Assembly: GCF_004376175.1 (NCBI RefSeq)
Contig: NZ_SNUY01000037.1
Coordinates: 1 to 32,000, forward strand
Direction of reading: 5' to 3'
DNA length: 32,000 nt
Source of the DNA: Halalkalibacterium halodurans
GTDB lineage: Bacteria; Bacillota; Bacilli; Bacillales; Bacillaceae_D
Shown here: positions 1-7,302 of the stretch, one piece after another
Layout: every line of letters starts with the position of its first letter
Numbering within the stretch: position 1 is the stretch's first letter
Translations under genes and position numbers: made by a program
Notes under the pieces: generated by a model
Database searches by the model: none
The model's input: the letters and a program-made list of their open reading frames with translations, nothing else
Told to the model about the DNA's origin: nothing

Positions 1-259
1 TCCGCTCCTCATTCTAGAAAGATGCTTTTCAGAAGAAAAATAACCATGATTCTTTCAAAGGGATCGGGAATCTAATCGTTTTTGGCCTAAAACCCTGATT
101 TATGTTCGAGGTATGAATAATTCAGGAGTATATGAGGTAGCTGAAAAAATAGGCTATGCAAATGTGGATTATTTTCACAGAAAATTCAAAAAGTACGTCG
201 GTGTCTCACCATCAACCTTTCGAAAACGTCACGACAGCTTGCAAGTTTATCATGACTAA
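1..259 (+). CDS. 3' end of an AraC/XylS-type HTH regulator, probably the output domain of a YesN-like response regulator. The gene continues upstream of the window and is probably disrupted.
   Basis: Frame 2 translation of about 110-256 reads GMNNSGVYEVAEKIGYANVDYFHRKFKKYVGVSPSTFRKRHDSLQVYHD, with stop TAA at 257-259. This is the second AraC helix-turn-helix signature (EIAekVGY..xxYFxRxFKKxxGxSPxxFR). The same frame has TAA 41-43 and TGA 47-49. Frame 1 upstream (..FRRKITMILSKG) looks like the preceding AraC region, so a frame change near 60-66 is likely. Confidence 0.6.
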
Positions 260-317
260 ATGCTAGGCAATCTCTCATTTTGACCTGAAATCGCCTCACA
301 TTCGAAAGGTACTGAAA

Positions 318-331
318 CGAAACGGTTTTCG
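318..331. promoter_or_regulatory. Operator-like imperfect palindrome CGAAACGGTTTTCG (cre/LacI-family type) just upstream of the first permease gene
   Basis: Arms CGAAA / TTTCG around a 4-nt core. It differs at one position from the site in front of the LacI gene (16425-16438, CGAAAGGGTTTTCG). Confidence 0.3.
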
Positions 332-333
332 TT

Positions 334-1322
334 ATGATAAAAGTATCAGAGAGGGGGGGTTATTTGGAAACCGTAAAAGAGAAAGCGCATTCAAAGATTC
401 GAGTGCAGCGCCGAAAAAAGATCATTACAACGTTGAAGCAGCAAAAATATTTGTACTTAATGTCACTTCCTTTCGTTGCTTTGGTTTTAGTGTTTAATTA
501 TTTTCCCCTCTGGGGATGGACGATGGCGTTTCAAAATTTCCGGCCGGGTTTATCTTTTTTTGAACAAGAGTGGGTCGGGTTGCAACATTTTATCGAGTTA
601 TTTCAAGATGATCGCTTTTATTTAGTTTTACGTAATACGTTGGCGATGAGCATCATGGGACTTATTGTAGGCTTTACGATGCCAATCCTATTTGCGGTTT
701 TATTGAACGAAGTAAGACACGCAGTATTTAAGCGTACAGTTCAAACGGTTTCTTATTTGCCTCACTTCGTCTCATGGGTCGTTGTGGCTGGGATTGTTAC
801 GAAAATGCTTTCGATCGATGGTGGCATCGTGAATCAACTGCTCATGGCGTTTGGTTCGTTGATCAACCCGTGCAGTTTATGGCCAAGGGTGAATGGTTTT
901 GGGTCATCGTTACGTTATCTGACTTGTGGAAGGAGATGGGATGGAACTCAATCATTTTTCTAGCGGCCATGGCCGGAATTGACCCACAGCTTTATGAAGC
1001 AGCGAAAGTTGATGGCGCGAGCCGTTGGCGTCAAATTTGGCACATTACTTTACAGGGAATTCGACCAACCATACTTGTCATCTTAATTTTATCGATTGGG
1101 CATTTGATGGCGATCGGATTTGAGAAACAATTTTTACTCGGAAATCCGTTGGTCGTTGACTATTCTGAAGTTCTTGATTTATATGCATTAAACTATGGAT
1201 TGGGACTTGGACGCTATTCCTATGGAACAGCAATTGGTATTTTTAATTCCGTTGTTTGTATCATTTTGTTGTTTTTAGCGAATGGCATTTTTAAACGGTT
1301 CACGAATCAAAGCGTAATGTAG
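334..1322 (+). pseudogene. LplB/YteP-type CUT1 sugar ABC transporter permease, split by a 1-nt frameshift
   Basis: ORFs 334-963 and 774-1322 join into one permease: ..GIVNQLLMAFG / VDQPVQFMAKGEWFWVIVTLSDLWKEMGWNSIIFLAAMAGIDPQLYEAAKVDGASRW (EAA loop). Between codon GGT 853-855 (frame 1) and GTT 858-860 (frame 3) only 2 nt remain, so one base is missing. The start is either ATG 334 (no RBS) or TTG 364 behind the G-rich run at 349-359. Confidence 0.8.
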
Positions 1323-1335
1323 GAGGCGGAAAGAT

Positions 1336-2229
1336 ATGACAGGCAAATGGGGGGATCGACTATTTGATTGGTGCAATTACCTTTTTTTAACGATGGTCTT
1401 ACTTGTCACGCTGTACCCTTTTTTAAATGTTCTTGCGATCTCGCTCAACGATTCGGTCGATACGGTTCGGGGAGGAATCTACATTTGGCCACGGGAGTTT
1501 ACATTAGAAAACTATCGAGTCATTTTCGGGTACGACCACCTTGTGACCGGTTTTATTAATTCGGTTTTACGGACAGTGATCGGTACAGTGCTCGGGGTTT
1601 TTTCGTCGGCGATGGTGGCCTTTACCCTAAGCCGAGGAGATTTTCAAGCGCGGAAATTTGTCTCGACGATTATCGTGCTTACTCTTTATTTTTCAGGTGG
1701 GTTAATCCCTGGGTATATGCTCATCCGTGAGTTAAATTTAATTAATACGTTTTGGGTGTACGTTTTGCCAGGGATGGTCAATGCATTCCATATTATTATC
1801 GTTCGTTCATTTATGGATGGCTTGCCATATTCCCTACAGGAGTCAGCGAAAATTGATGGGGCGAATGATTTTACAATTTTCTGGCGAATTATCCTCCCTC
1901 TATGTACGCCTGTTTTGGCAACCATCGCCTTATTTGTGGCCGTTGGACAGTGGAATGCTTGGTTTGACACGTACCTTTACAATAGTTCCAACCCGAATTT
2001 GACGACTTTGCAGTACGAACTAATGAAAATTCTACAGAACACAACGATGAGCGCCTCCGATGCGAACGCGTTTAGGGGAACATCTGGTGAAGATCACAGT
2101 AGGACTGTGTCCCCAGAATCGATAAAAATGGCGATCTCAATGATAACGATCATTCCGATTTTGCTCGTGTATCCGTTTGTTCAACGCTTTTTTGTAAAAG
2201 GTATGACGCTAGGTGCAGTGAAGAGTTAA
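1336..2229 (+). CDS. LplC/YtcP-type CUT1 sugar ABC transporter permease
   Basis: RBS AGGAGG at 1321-1326. Six-TM-like hydrophobic profile. EAA motif ESAKIDGANDFTIFWRIILPLCTP. Confidence 0.9.
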   Translation: MTGKWGDRLFDWCNYLFLTMVLLVTLYPFLNVLAISLNDSVDTVRGGIYIWPREFTLENYRVIFGYDHLVTGFINSVLRTVIGTVLGVFSSAMVAFTLSRGDFQARKFVSTIIVLTLYFSGGLIPGYMLIRELNLINTFWVYVLPGMVNAFHIIIVRSFMDGLPYSLQESAKIDGANDFTIFWRIILPLCTPVLATIALFVAVGQWNAWFDTYLYNSSNPNLTTLQYELMKILQNTTMSASDANAFRGTSGEDHSRTVSPESIKMAISMITIIPILLVYPFVQRFFVKGMTLGAVKS

Positions 2230-2250
2230 CAAACGAAAGGGGAACTAAAA

Positions 2251-3909
2251 TTGAATGTAAACTTCCGATTATTAAGTGGCTTATTGCTTGCGATGATCAT
2301 CGTTTTGGCAGGGTGTAGTCAAGAGACCTCAACAGAGGGACAGGAAAGCTCGGATGAGCCTGTCACTTTTACGCTATTTAGCGCCGATCCCCATTCCCAA
2401 TGGGACAATATGGACAGCCCAGTGAGTCAAAAAGTTGTGGAAGCGACAGGGGTTACATTAGAGGGAGAATTTGATGTTAGCGGAGGGGACCAAAAGATTT
2501 CGCTTATGGCAGCGAGTGGCGATTACCCTGATTTGATTTGGCCGAAAGGGAATTCCAACATACTAGTGGATGCAGGGGCACTTATTGACCTTACCGATTT
2601 AATTGAGGAGCATGCCCCGAACTTGAAAAAGATTTATGGGGATTATTTCGATCGATTAAAATGGAGTACTGAGGACCCGTCGATTTACATTTTACCGACA
2701 GCAGAGGTGGATCACACGTACTGGGAGCCTGGGCATGGATTTATGCTTCAACATGACGTCGTAAAGGAGTTAGGCTATCCGGACATTCGAACGGTCTATG
2801 ATTTTGAGCAAGCCATTCGTGAGTATAAGGAAAAATACCCCGAGATTGATGGGCAGCCTACCATTGGCTTATCGTTGCTTGCAGATGACTGGCGAATTTT
2901 AATTTCCACGACCAATCCAGCTCTTTACGTAACAGGGGTTTCAGATGATGGGGAGTTTTACATTGACCCTGATACGTATGAAGCCACGATGCACTATCGT
3001 CGTCCGGAGGAAAAAGACTATTTCCGTTGGTTAAACCATATGAATGATAGCGGCTTGCTTGATCCAGAGAGCTTCGTTCAAAGCTATGATCAATATTTAG
3101 CGAAAATCTCATCAGGTCGAGTCCTAGGAGCGATTGATGCAGATTGGCAAGTCGCTGATGCACAGCGGGCTCTAAGGGAAGAAGGAAAGCATGAACGGAT
3201 GTTTGGTATGTATCCTGTCACGCTCTCAGAAGAGTATAAGCATCCGAACTTCCAAGACACAGGTTATCTTGGCGGCTGGGGCATCGGCATTTCCATCGAT
3301 TGTGAAGATCCTGTGCGCGCGATCAAATTTATCGATTTCTTAGCATCTGAAGAAGGGCAAATATTGCAAAATTGGGGGATAGAAGGAGAACATTATGAGG
3401 TGATTGACGGAGAGCGTGTCATTCCTGAAGAGGAAATGGATAGACGTAATAACTCTGCAAATTACGTAAGGGACACTGGAATCGGTGTATTAAAAGGATT
3501 TGCTCCATCATACGGTGACGGAGTGACTGATTCGACGGGACAGACGTATACGATTGTAAGTCCAGATCAAATTATTGAAGCTTACACTGACGTTGAAAAA
3601 GAGGTTTTAGCGAATTACGATGTGGAGATGTGGAAGGATTTGTATCCCACGAAAGAGGAATTCCCTGTTAAACCGTGGGGTGCGGCATATAACATCCCAG
3701 TAGAGTCTGGATCACAATTGGAGCTGATTATGCAAAGATGTCTAGATATTGTGAAAAAGCGAATCCCTGAAGCGATTCTTGCCTCACCAGACGATTTTGA
3801 TGACATCTGGGATGCGTTTATGAACGACCTTGAGGAAGCAGGGGTAGAAGAAGCTGAAAAGGCTTATACTGAGCTCGTACGAGAGCGAGTGGAGCTTTGG
3901 AACGAATAA
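2251..3909 (+). CDS. Large (552 aa) extracellular solute-binding lipoprotein, LplA/YtcQ-like
   Basis: TTG start behind AAAGGGGA. Signal peptide with lipobox LLAMIIVLAGC. Its size and its position after the two permeases are typical of LplA-family sugar-binding proteins. Confidence 0.85.
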   Translation: MNVNFRLLSGLLLAMIIVLAGCSQETSTEGQESSDEPVTFTLFSADPHSQWDNMDSPVSQKVVEATGVTLEGEFDVSGGDQKISLMAASGDYPDLIWPKGNSNILVDAGALIDLTDLIEEHAPNLKKIYGDYFDRLKWSTEDPSIYILPTAEVDHTYWEPGHGFMLQHDVVKELGYPDIRTVYDFEQAIREYKEKYPEIDGQPTIGLSLLADDWRILISTTNPALYVTGVSDDGEFYIDPDTYEATMHYRRPEEKDYFRWLNHMNDSGLLDPESFVQSYDQYLAKISSGRVLGAIDADWQVADAQRALREEGKHERMFGMYPVTLSEEYKHPNFQDTGYLGGWGIGISIDCEDPVRAIKFIDFLASEEGQILQNWGIEGEHYEVIDGERVIPEEEMDRRNNSANYVRDTGIGVLKGFAPSYGDGVTDSTGQTYTIVSPDQIIEAYTDVEKEVLANYDVEMWKDLYPTKEEFPVKPWGAAYNIPVESGSQLELIMQRCLDIVKKRIPEAILASPDDFDDIWDAFMNDLEEAGVEEAEKAYTELVRERVELWNE

Positions 3910-3926
3910 CATGAATGTTATCAACG

Positions 3927-3959
3927 CGCAGTCTTTCTTTAAAAGTCTGCGTTTTTTTT
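3927..3959 (+). terminator. Rho-independent terminator of the first ABC operon
   Basis: CGCAGTCTTT..AAAAGTCTGCG stem with one mismatch, followed by T8 (3952-3959). Confidence 0.7.
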
Positions 3960-4036
3960 GTTGTGTTTACCGATAATTTCAAATTGATGACTGAAAAGTT
4001 AGCAGATAACATTTCGGCTTGCCCCCAACAGAGTTT

Positions 4037-4066
4037 TTGCGAATCATTACAAAAATTTGGTATGAT
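4037..4066 (+). promoter_or_regulatory. Possible sigma-A promoter with extended -10
   Basis: TTGCGA (4037-4042), 18-nt spacer, TGgTATGAT (TG at 4058-4059, -10 hexamer at 4061-4066). It lies 35 nt upstream of the 4101 start. Confidence 0.3.
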
Positions 4067-4100
4067 AAAAGATAAGCGCTTCCAAATGTAGGAGGGATAT

Positions 4101-4766
4101 GTGATGGGACAAGTCGAAGTCATTGACCGTCGACAAAGCGTGTTTGGTGACGACATTCAGCTGCAAAAACGAAGCAGTAGCTATGAAATTATTAGCAATG
4201 GCGTGTTTCTCATGTCTACAGAAAATGGACGATCCGAGCGAGAAATGGTAATCCTTGGGGCTCAGCATATGAAAAATGCAGTTCATAGCGTGTTGATTGG
4301 TGGGCTAGGTGTCGGAATCACAGCTGATGAAGCGGTGCACCTAAACGATCACGTTCAAGTTCACGTCGTTGAAATCGAGCCTTCTGTAGTGGAATGGCAA
4401 TATCGTTACCTTTATCCTTTCTCCAATCAAGCTCTAGAGCATGAACGGACGGCGATCATTATTTCCGACATTCAACAATGGCTACGTACGAACGAACGGA
4501 CGTACGATCTCATTTGTCTAGATACGGATAACGGACCAGATTGGATGGTCCATAAGCAAAACGCCAGCTTGTATGGGAAAACAGGTCTCGAACTTGTTCG
4601 CGAGCGGGTAAGCGTTGGCGGTGCTGTGTCATTTTGGAGTGCTTCACCATCTGAGAGCTTCCTTCATGAACTTGAAACATTGTTCGATCGGGTCTATGAA
4701 CACGCAGTTTCCATCTCTCATACATTACCACCTGATTATGTTTATGTTGCTTGCCGAGATCGATAA
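4101..4766 (+). CDS. Spermidine/spermine synthase-like SAM-dependent methyltransferase-fold protein
   Basis: RBS GGAGGG at 4091-4096. Motifs VLIGGLGVGITADE (glycine-rich SAM loop), VHVVEIEPSVVEW and DLICLDTDNGPDWMV resemble the spermidine synthase family. Confidence 0.65.
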   Translation: MMGQVEVIDRRQSVFGDDIQLQKRSSSYEIISNGVFLMSTENGRSEREMVILGAQHMKNAVHSVLIGGLGVGITADEAVHLNDHVQVHVVEIEPSVVEWQYRYLYPFSNQALEHERTAIIISDIQQWLRTNERTYDLICLDTDNGPDWMVHKQNASLYGKTGLELVRERVSVGGAVSFWSASPSESFLHELETLFDRVYEHAVSISHTLPPDYVYVACRDR

Positions 4767-4770
4767 GGGG

Positions 4771-4808
4771 AAAACGGCCTTCCTCAATAGGAGAAGGGCC
4801 GTTTTTCG
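4771..4808 (+). terminator. Rho-independent terminator
   Basis: AAAACGGCCTTCCTC..loop..GAGAAGGGCCGTTTT long hairpin followed by a T-run (4802-4806). Confidence 0.75.
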
Positions 4809-5001
4809 TTATGTTCATATTCCTGCTACCTGGCAGAGGTTAAGCGAGCCCCCTCTACTTTGGACGAAAAGAACTCGATTTAGCATCACTCACTGTCTTT
4901 CTTATAAAAAACGTGTAAGATTTGCCAATCATCTGCAAATGCTATAACTGTTGCATTTGTTAACTGCTATATATGACATGAGATGGAAAGGAGTTGGTTC
5001 T

Positions 5002-5283
5002 ATGGCAAGACGACGACGTCCTCTCGTTCCAGAAGCCCGCGAAGCATTAAATCAATTGAAGCAAGACGTAATGGAAACGCAAGGATACCAGACATCTAAT
5101 GATGTGAAGTATGAAGTAGCGCGAGAGCTCGGTGTTCCTCTAACGAAAGGGTATAACGGCAAATTAAGTTCCAATGAAGCTGGTAAAGTCGGAGGACGAA
5201 TCGGGGGCCAAATGGTCAAAGAAATGATCTCTATGGCGTTACAACAACAAGCAAAAGGAGGTAGTGACCATGAAAAAACGTGA
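5002..5283 (+). CDS. Alpha/beta-type small acid-soluble spore protein (SASP), atypically long at 93 aa
   Basis: RBS AAAGGAG at 4987-4993. MARRRRPLVPEAREALNQLK..KYEVARELGVPL..AGKVGGRIGGQMVKEMISMA matches the two conserved SASP blocks (LVPgAxqALdQmKYEIAxEfGV; GsVGGeItKrlV). Confidence 0.8.
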   Translation: MARRRRPLVPEAREALNQLKQDVMETQGYQTSNDVKYEVARELGVPLTKGYNGKLSSNEAGKVGGRIGGQMVKEMISMALQQQAKGGSDHEKT

Positions 5284-5425
5284 AACGAATCGAGACGAGC
5301 CTTTAGAAGTTCATATGGAAGACGATCATCCAGGCTCTCAGTTTACAGAAGAGTTTAACGAAACGGGCCAGCGTGAAAAAGGCGTGATCCCACCGAGAGG
5401 AAAAGAGGCGCTCGATGAAGTGTAG
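5270..5425 (+). CDS. Unlisted 51-codon acidic small ORF, translationally coupled to the SASP gene
   Basis: ATG 5270 lies 7 nt after AAAGGAGGT (5254-5262) and overlaps the SASP 3' end by 14 nt. It translates to MKKRETNRDEPLEVHMEDDHPGSQFTEEFNETGQREKGVIPPRGKEALDEV, with stop TAG at 5423-5425, 17 nt before the next gene. No family recognised. Confidence 0.45.
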   Translation: MKKRETNRDEPLEVHMEDDHPGSQFTEEFNETGQREKGVIPPRGKEALDEV

Positions 5426-5442
5426 AAAGGAGGACAGTTGTC

Positions 5443-6213
5443 ATGAAAACATATAGAAAAATCTTACTAGCGGTTGTTTGTTTATTGTTATTCTTCCTGC
5501 TGCCAGTAGGAATGGCGTTTGCAAACGACCACGGAGTAAATTGGTTTAAACGTGCCGAGGAAAGACAAATACCTGATCCTGAAGGTGGTGCTGAAATGAC
5601 TCAGCGCATACCGGTGTCGAATGTAGTTTTACAGCAACGTTACCCTGATACGGTTGTGCTCGCTGGACCTACAACGGCGAACCGTATCGCATTAACCTTT
5701 GATGACGGTCCTGACCCTCGTTTCACGCCGCAGGTGCTAGATGTACTACAAGAGTACAACGTTCCGGCAACGTTTTTTGTGATGGGCCGGCGTGCGGAAC
5801 GTTTTCCAGACCTTGTAACACGGATGGCAGCCGAAGGGCATGTGATTGGGAATCACTCCTATTCCCATCCTAATTTTGTGGTGGAGGATGATGTTGCTCT
5901 CCTTGAACAGGAGGTGCTTCAAACGGAGGCCATTATTCAAAATCTCGTTGGGTACAGACCACGCTTTTTTCGAGCGCCTTACGGGTTTTTATACAACGAA
6001 CTTGTGGAGAAGTTAGCCGAATTAAACAACACGGTTGTCGCTTGGTCTATCGATACGTTAGATTGGCGCGAGCGCCCTGCTGAGGAAGTCGCTTTTTCAG
6101 TGATTAGCAGTGCCCAGCCCGGGTCTATCGTACTGATGCATGATGGTGCAGAGGCTGACGGTGATCGGACTCAGACGATTGAAGCCTTGAGACAAATCAT
6201 CCCCACATTATAG
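5443..6213 (+). CDS. Secreted or membrane-anchored polysaccharide deacetylase (NodB/CE4 domain, PdaA/PdaB-like), ended by a premature TAG
   Basis: RBS AAAGGAGGA. Signal peptide MKTYRKILLAVVCLLLFFLLPVGMAFA. NodB motifs ALTFDDGPDP and HVIGNHSYSHP. After TAG 6211-6213 the same frame continues EQGFEFVTVSELIGIPYEK to TAA 6271-6273, which is the usual C-terminus of this family. Confidence 0.85.
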   Translation: MKTYRKILLAVVCLLLFFLLPVGMAFANDHGVNWFKRAEERQIPDPEGGAEMTQRIPVSNVVLQQRYPDTVVLAGPTTANRIALTFDDGPDPRFTPQVLDVLQEYNVPATFFVMGRRAERFPDLVTRMAAEGHVIGNHSYSHPNFVVEDDVALLEQEVLQTEAIIQNLVGYRPRFFRAPYGFLYNELVEKLAELNNTVVAWSIDTLDWRERPAEEVAFSVISSAQPGSIVLMHDGAEADGDRTQTIEALRQIIPTL

Positions 6214-6279
6214 GAGCAAGGCTTTGAGTTTGTGACGGTTTCTGAGCTGATCGGCATTCCATACGAAAAATAAGGAATG

Positions 6280-6309
6280 AAGTCCGCTTAAACATAGGCG
6301 GACTTTTTT
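6280..6309 (+). terminator. Rho-independent terminator of the SASP-deacetylase unit
   Basis: AAGTCCGC..loop..GCGGACTT followed by a T-run (6304-6309). It sits after the extended reading frame, not after the TAG. Confidence 0.8.
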
Positions 6310-6402
6310 CTATTTTTTGCAGAACTAACGGACCGGATAGAAGTAAGCCTCTATGGTTACACCAACGATCTTTAACTGATCAAATGCCATCACCTTTTGT
6401 AG

Positions 6403-6915
6403 TTAGGCTGGCTGCCAAACAATGTCACCAGCTTGTTTTTCTGTATCAATGTTCACATCGAAATGATGCTTTTCGTAAAAGTGGATGAGGCGATCAAGAT
6501 GATCCCAGTCCCGCTTTGCGATATCTCCTGTCACATAACGGATATTTTGTTCGTAGGCGATCTCTTTTAAATATTTCATGCAAATCGATCCGTACCCTTG
6601 ATTTTCTGGTCCTTTAATGTCACCAATGTGAAGGTGATCTTCATCCTTATAGCTAGCCATGATTGAAAAATCCCACGTGCCATCAAAAGCTGAATCGCAG
6701 GATGTTAACATTACCTTACATTGGTAGCCATCATCATGTAAATAGACGATGACCCATTCCGCTCCCTTTGTAGGCTCAATTCCTATCACTTTAGACTTTT
6801 TGGCAATTTCCTTTACATTTTCACGCATACGAAACATTTGAAACTCTAGATCCTCTAAATCTTCTTTTAATTCTTTCGCGTCTTTCAATTCCTCCTCTTG
6901 AGCAAGCAAAAACAT
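6403..6915 (-). CDS. GNAT-like acetyltransferase-fold protein with an acidic coiled-coil N-terminus
   Basis: Best start is Met16 of the listed ORF (ATG complement 6913-6915), 6 nt after AAAGGAG. The C-terminal half HIGDIKGPENQGYGSICMKYLKEIAYEQNIRYVTGDI..LIHFYEKHHFDV resembles GNAT motif A (Q/RxxGxG) plus the FYEKxGF tail. Confidence 0.5.
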   Translation of the reverse strand: MFLLAQEEELKDAKELKEDLEDLEFQMFRMRENVKEIAKKSKVIGIEPTKGAEWVIVYLHDDGYQCKVMLTSCDSAFDGTWDFSIMASYKDEDHLHIGDIKGPENQGYGSICMKYLKEIAYEQNIRYVTGDIAKRDWDHLDRLIHFYEKHHFDVNIDTEKQAGDIVWQPA

Positions 6916-7302
6916 GAAATACTCCTTTCTATTAATTCCCACAAACATTAAAGAAACCAAAAAAACATACAGTTTTACATTCTACTAGATCATGCAAGAG
7001 AATGCAAATTCACACCACCAATATCACCATAAGTCGGATGACATCTGTTGACAAACCTTACATTTAAGAGAAAAATAGATGATGAACAAGCAAGAAAACA
7101 AGGAATGTGAGAATGAACGTACGAACGAGTGGCATCGAACCCCTCCTAGTCATTTTACGCTAGTATGCTACAAATGTTTGACATCATTCACTTGTTTTTG
7201 CCATCATGAAAAATTCCGTCTTTCGTCTTATGTACTTTTGCAGGATTTGACAGCCGTTAAAGAGAATAGTTGCTACATAGGAAGCAAACGGAGGGAGTGT
7301 AT

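Noticed and set aside
1686-1970. Antisense or alternative-frame ORFs nested inside long, well-supported genes. Examples: 1368-1559, 1686-1970(-), 1781-2002, 2858-3163(-), 3615-3806(-), 11145-11453(-), 13299-13550(-), 14517-14858(-), 19371-20036(-), 21072-21933(-), 22669-23000(-), 26601-26807, 27144-27428, 30246-30542, 30777-31244.
   Set aside because: They have no RBS and no recognisable motifs. Their composition is the mirror image of the real gene, and each lies wholly inside a gene with clear family signatures. These are shadow ORFs.
4615-4947. 110-aa ORF spanning the end of the methyltransferase-like gene and the intergenic region
   Set aside because: It reads straight through a strong terminator hairpin (4771-4808) and has no RBS or family resemblance.
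4900-5001. Sigma-G/sigma-F forespore promoter upstream of the SASP gene, and similarly upstream of the ger operon (25268-25496)
   Set aside because: A forespore promoter is expected biologically. However, I could not find a GHATR-N17/18-CATNNTA arrangement by eye. Only partial matches are present (for example GCATT, or GCATA without a proper -10).
6211-6213. TAG in the deacetylase as a recoded (pyrrolysine-type) codon
   Set aside because: No pyl genes or other in-frame TAGs in conserved genes are visible in the window, and Bacillaceae are not known to use this recoding. A simple nonsense mutation is far more likely.
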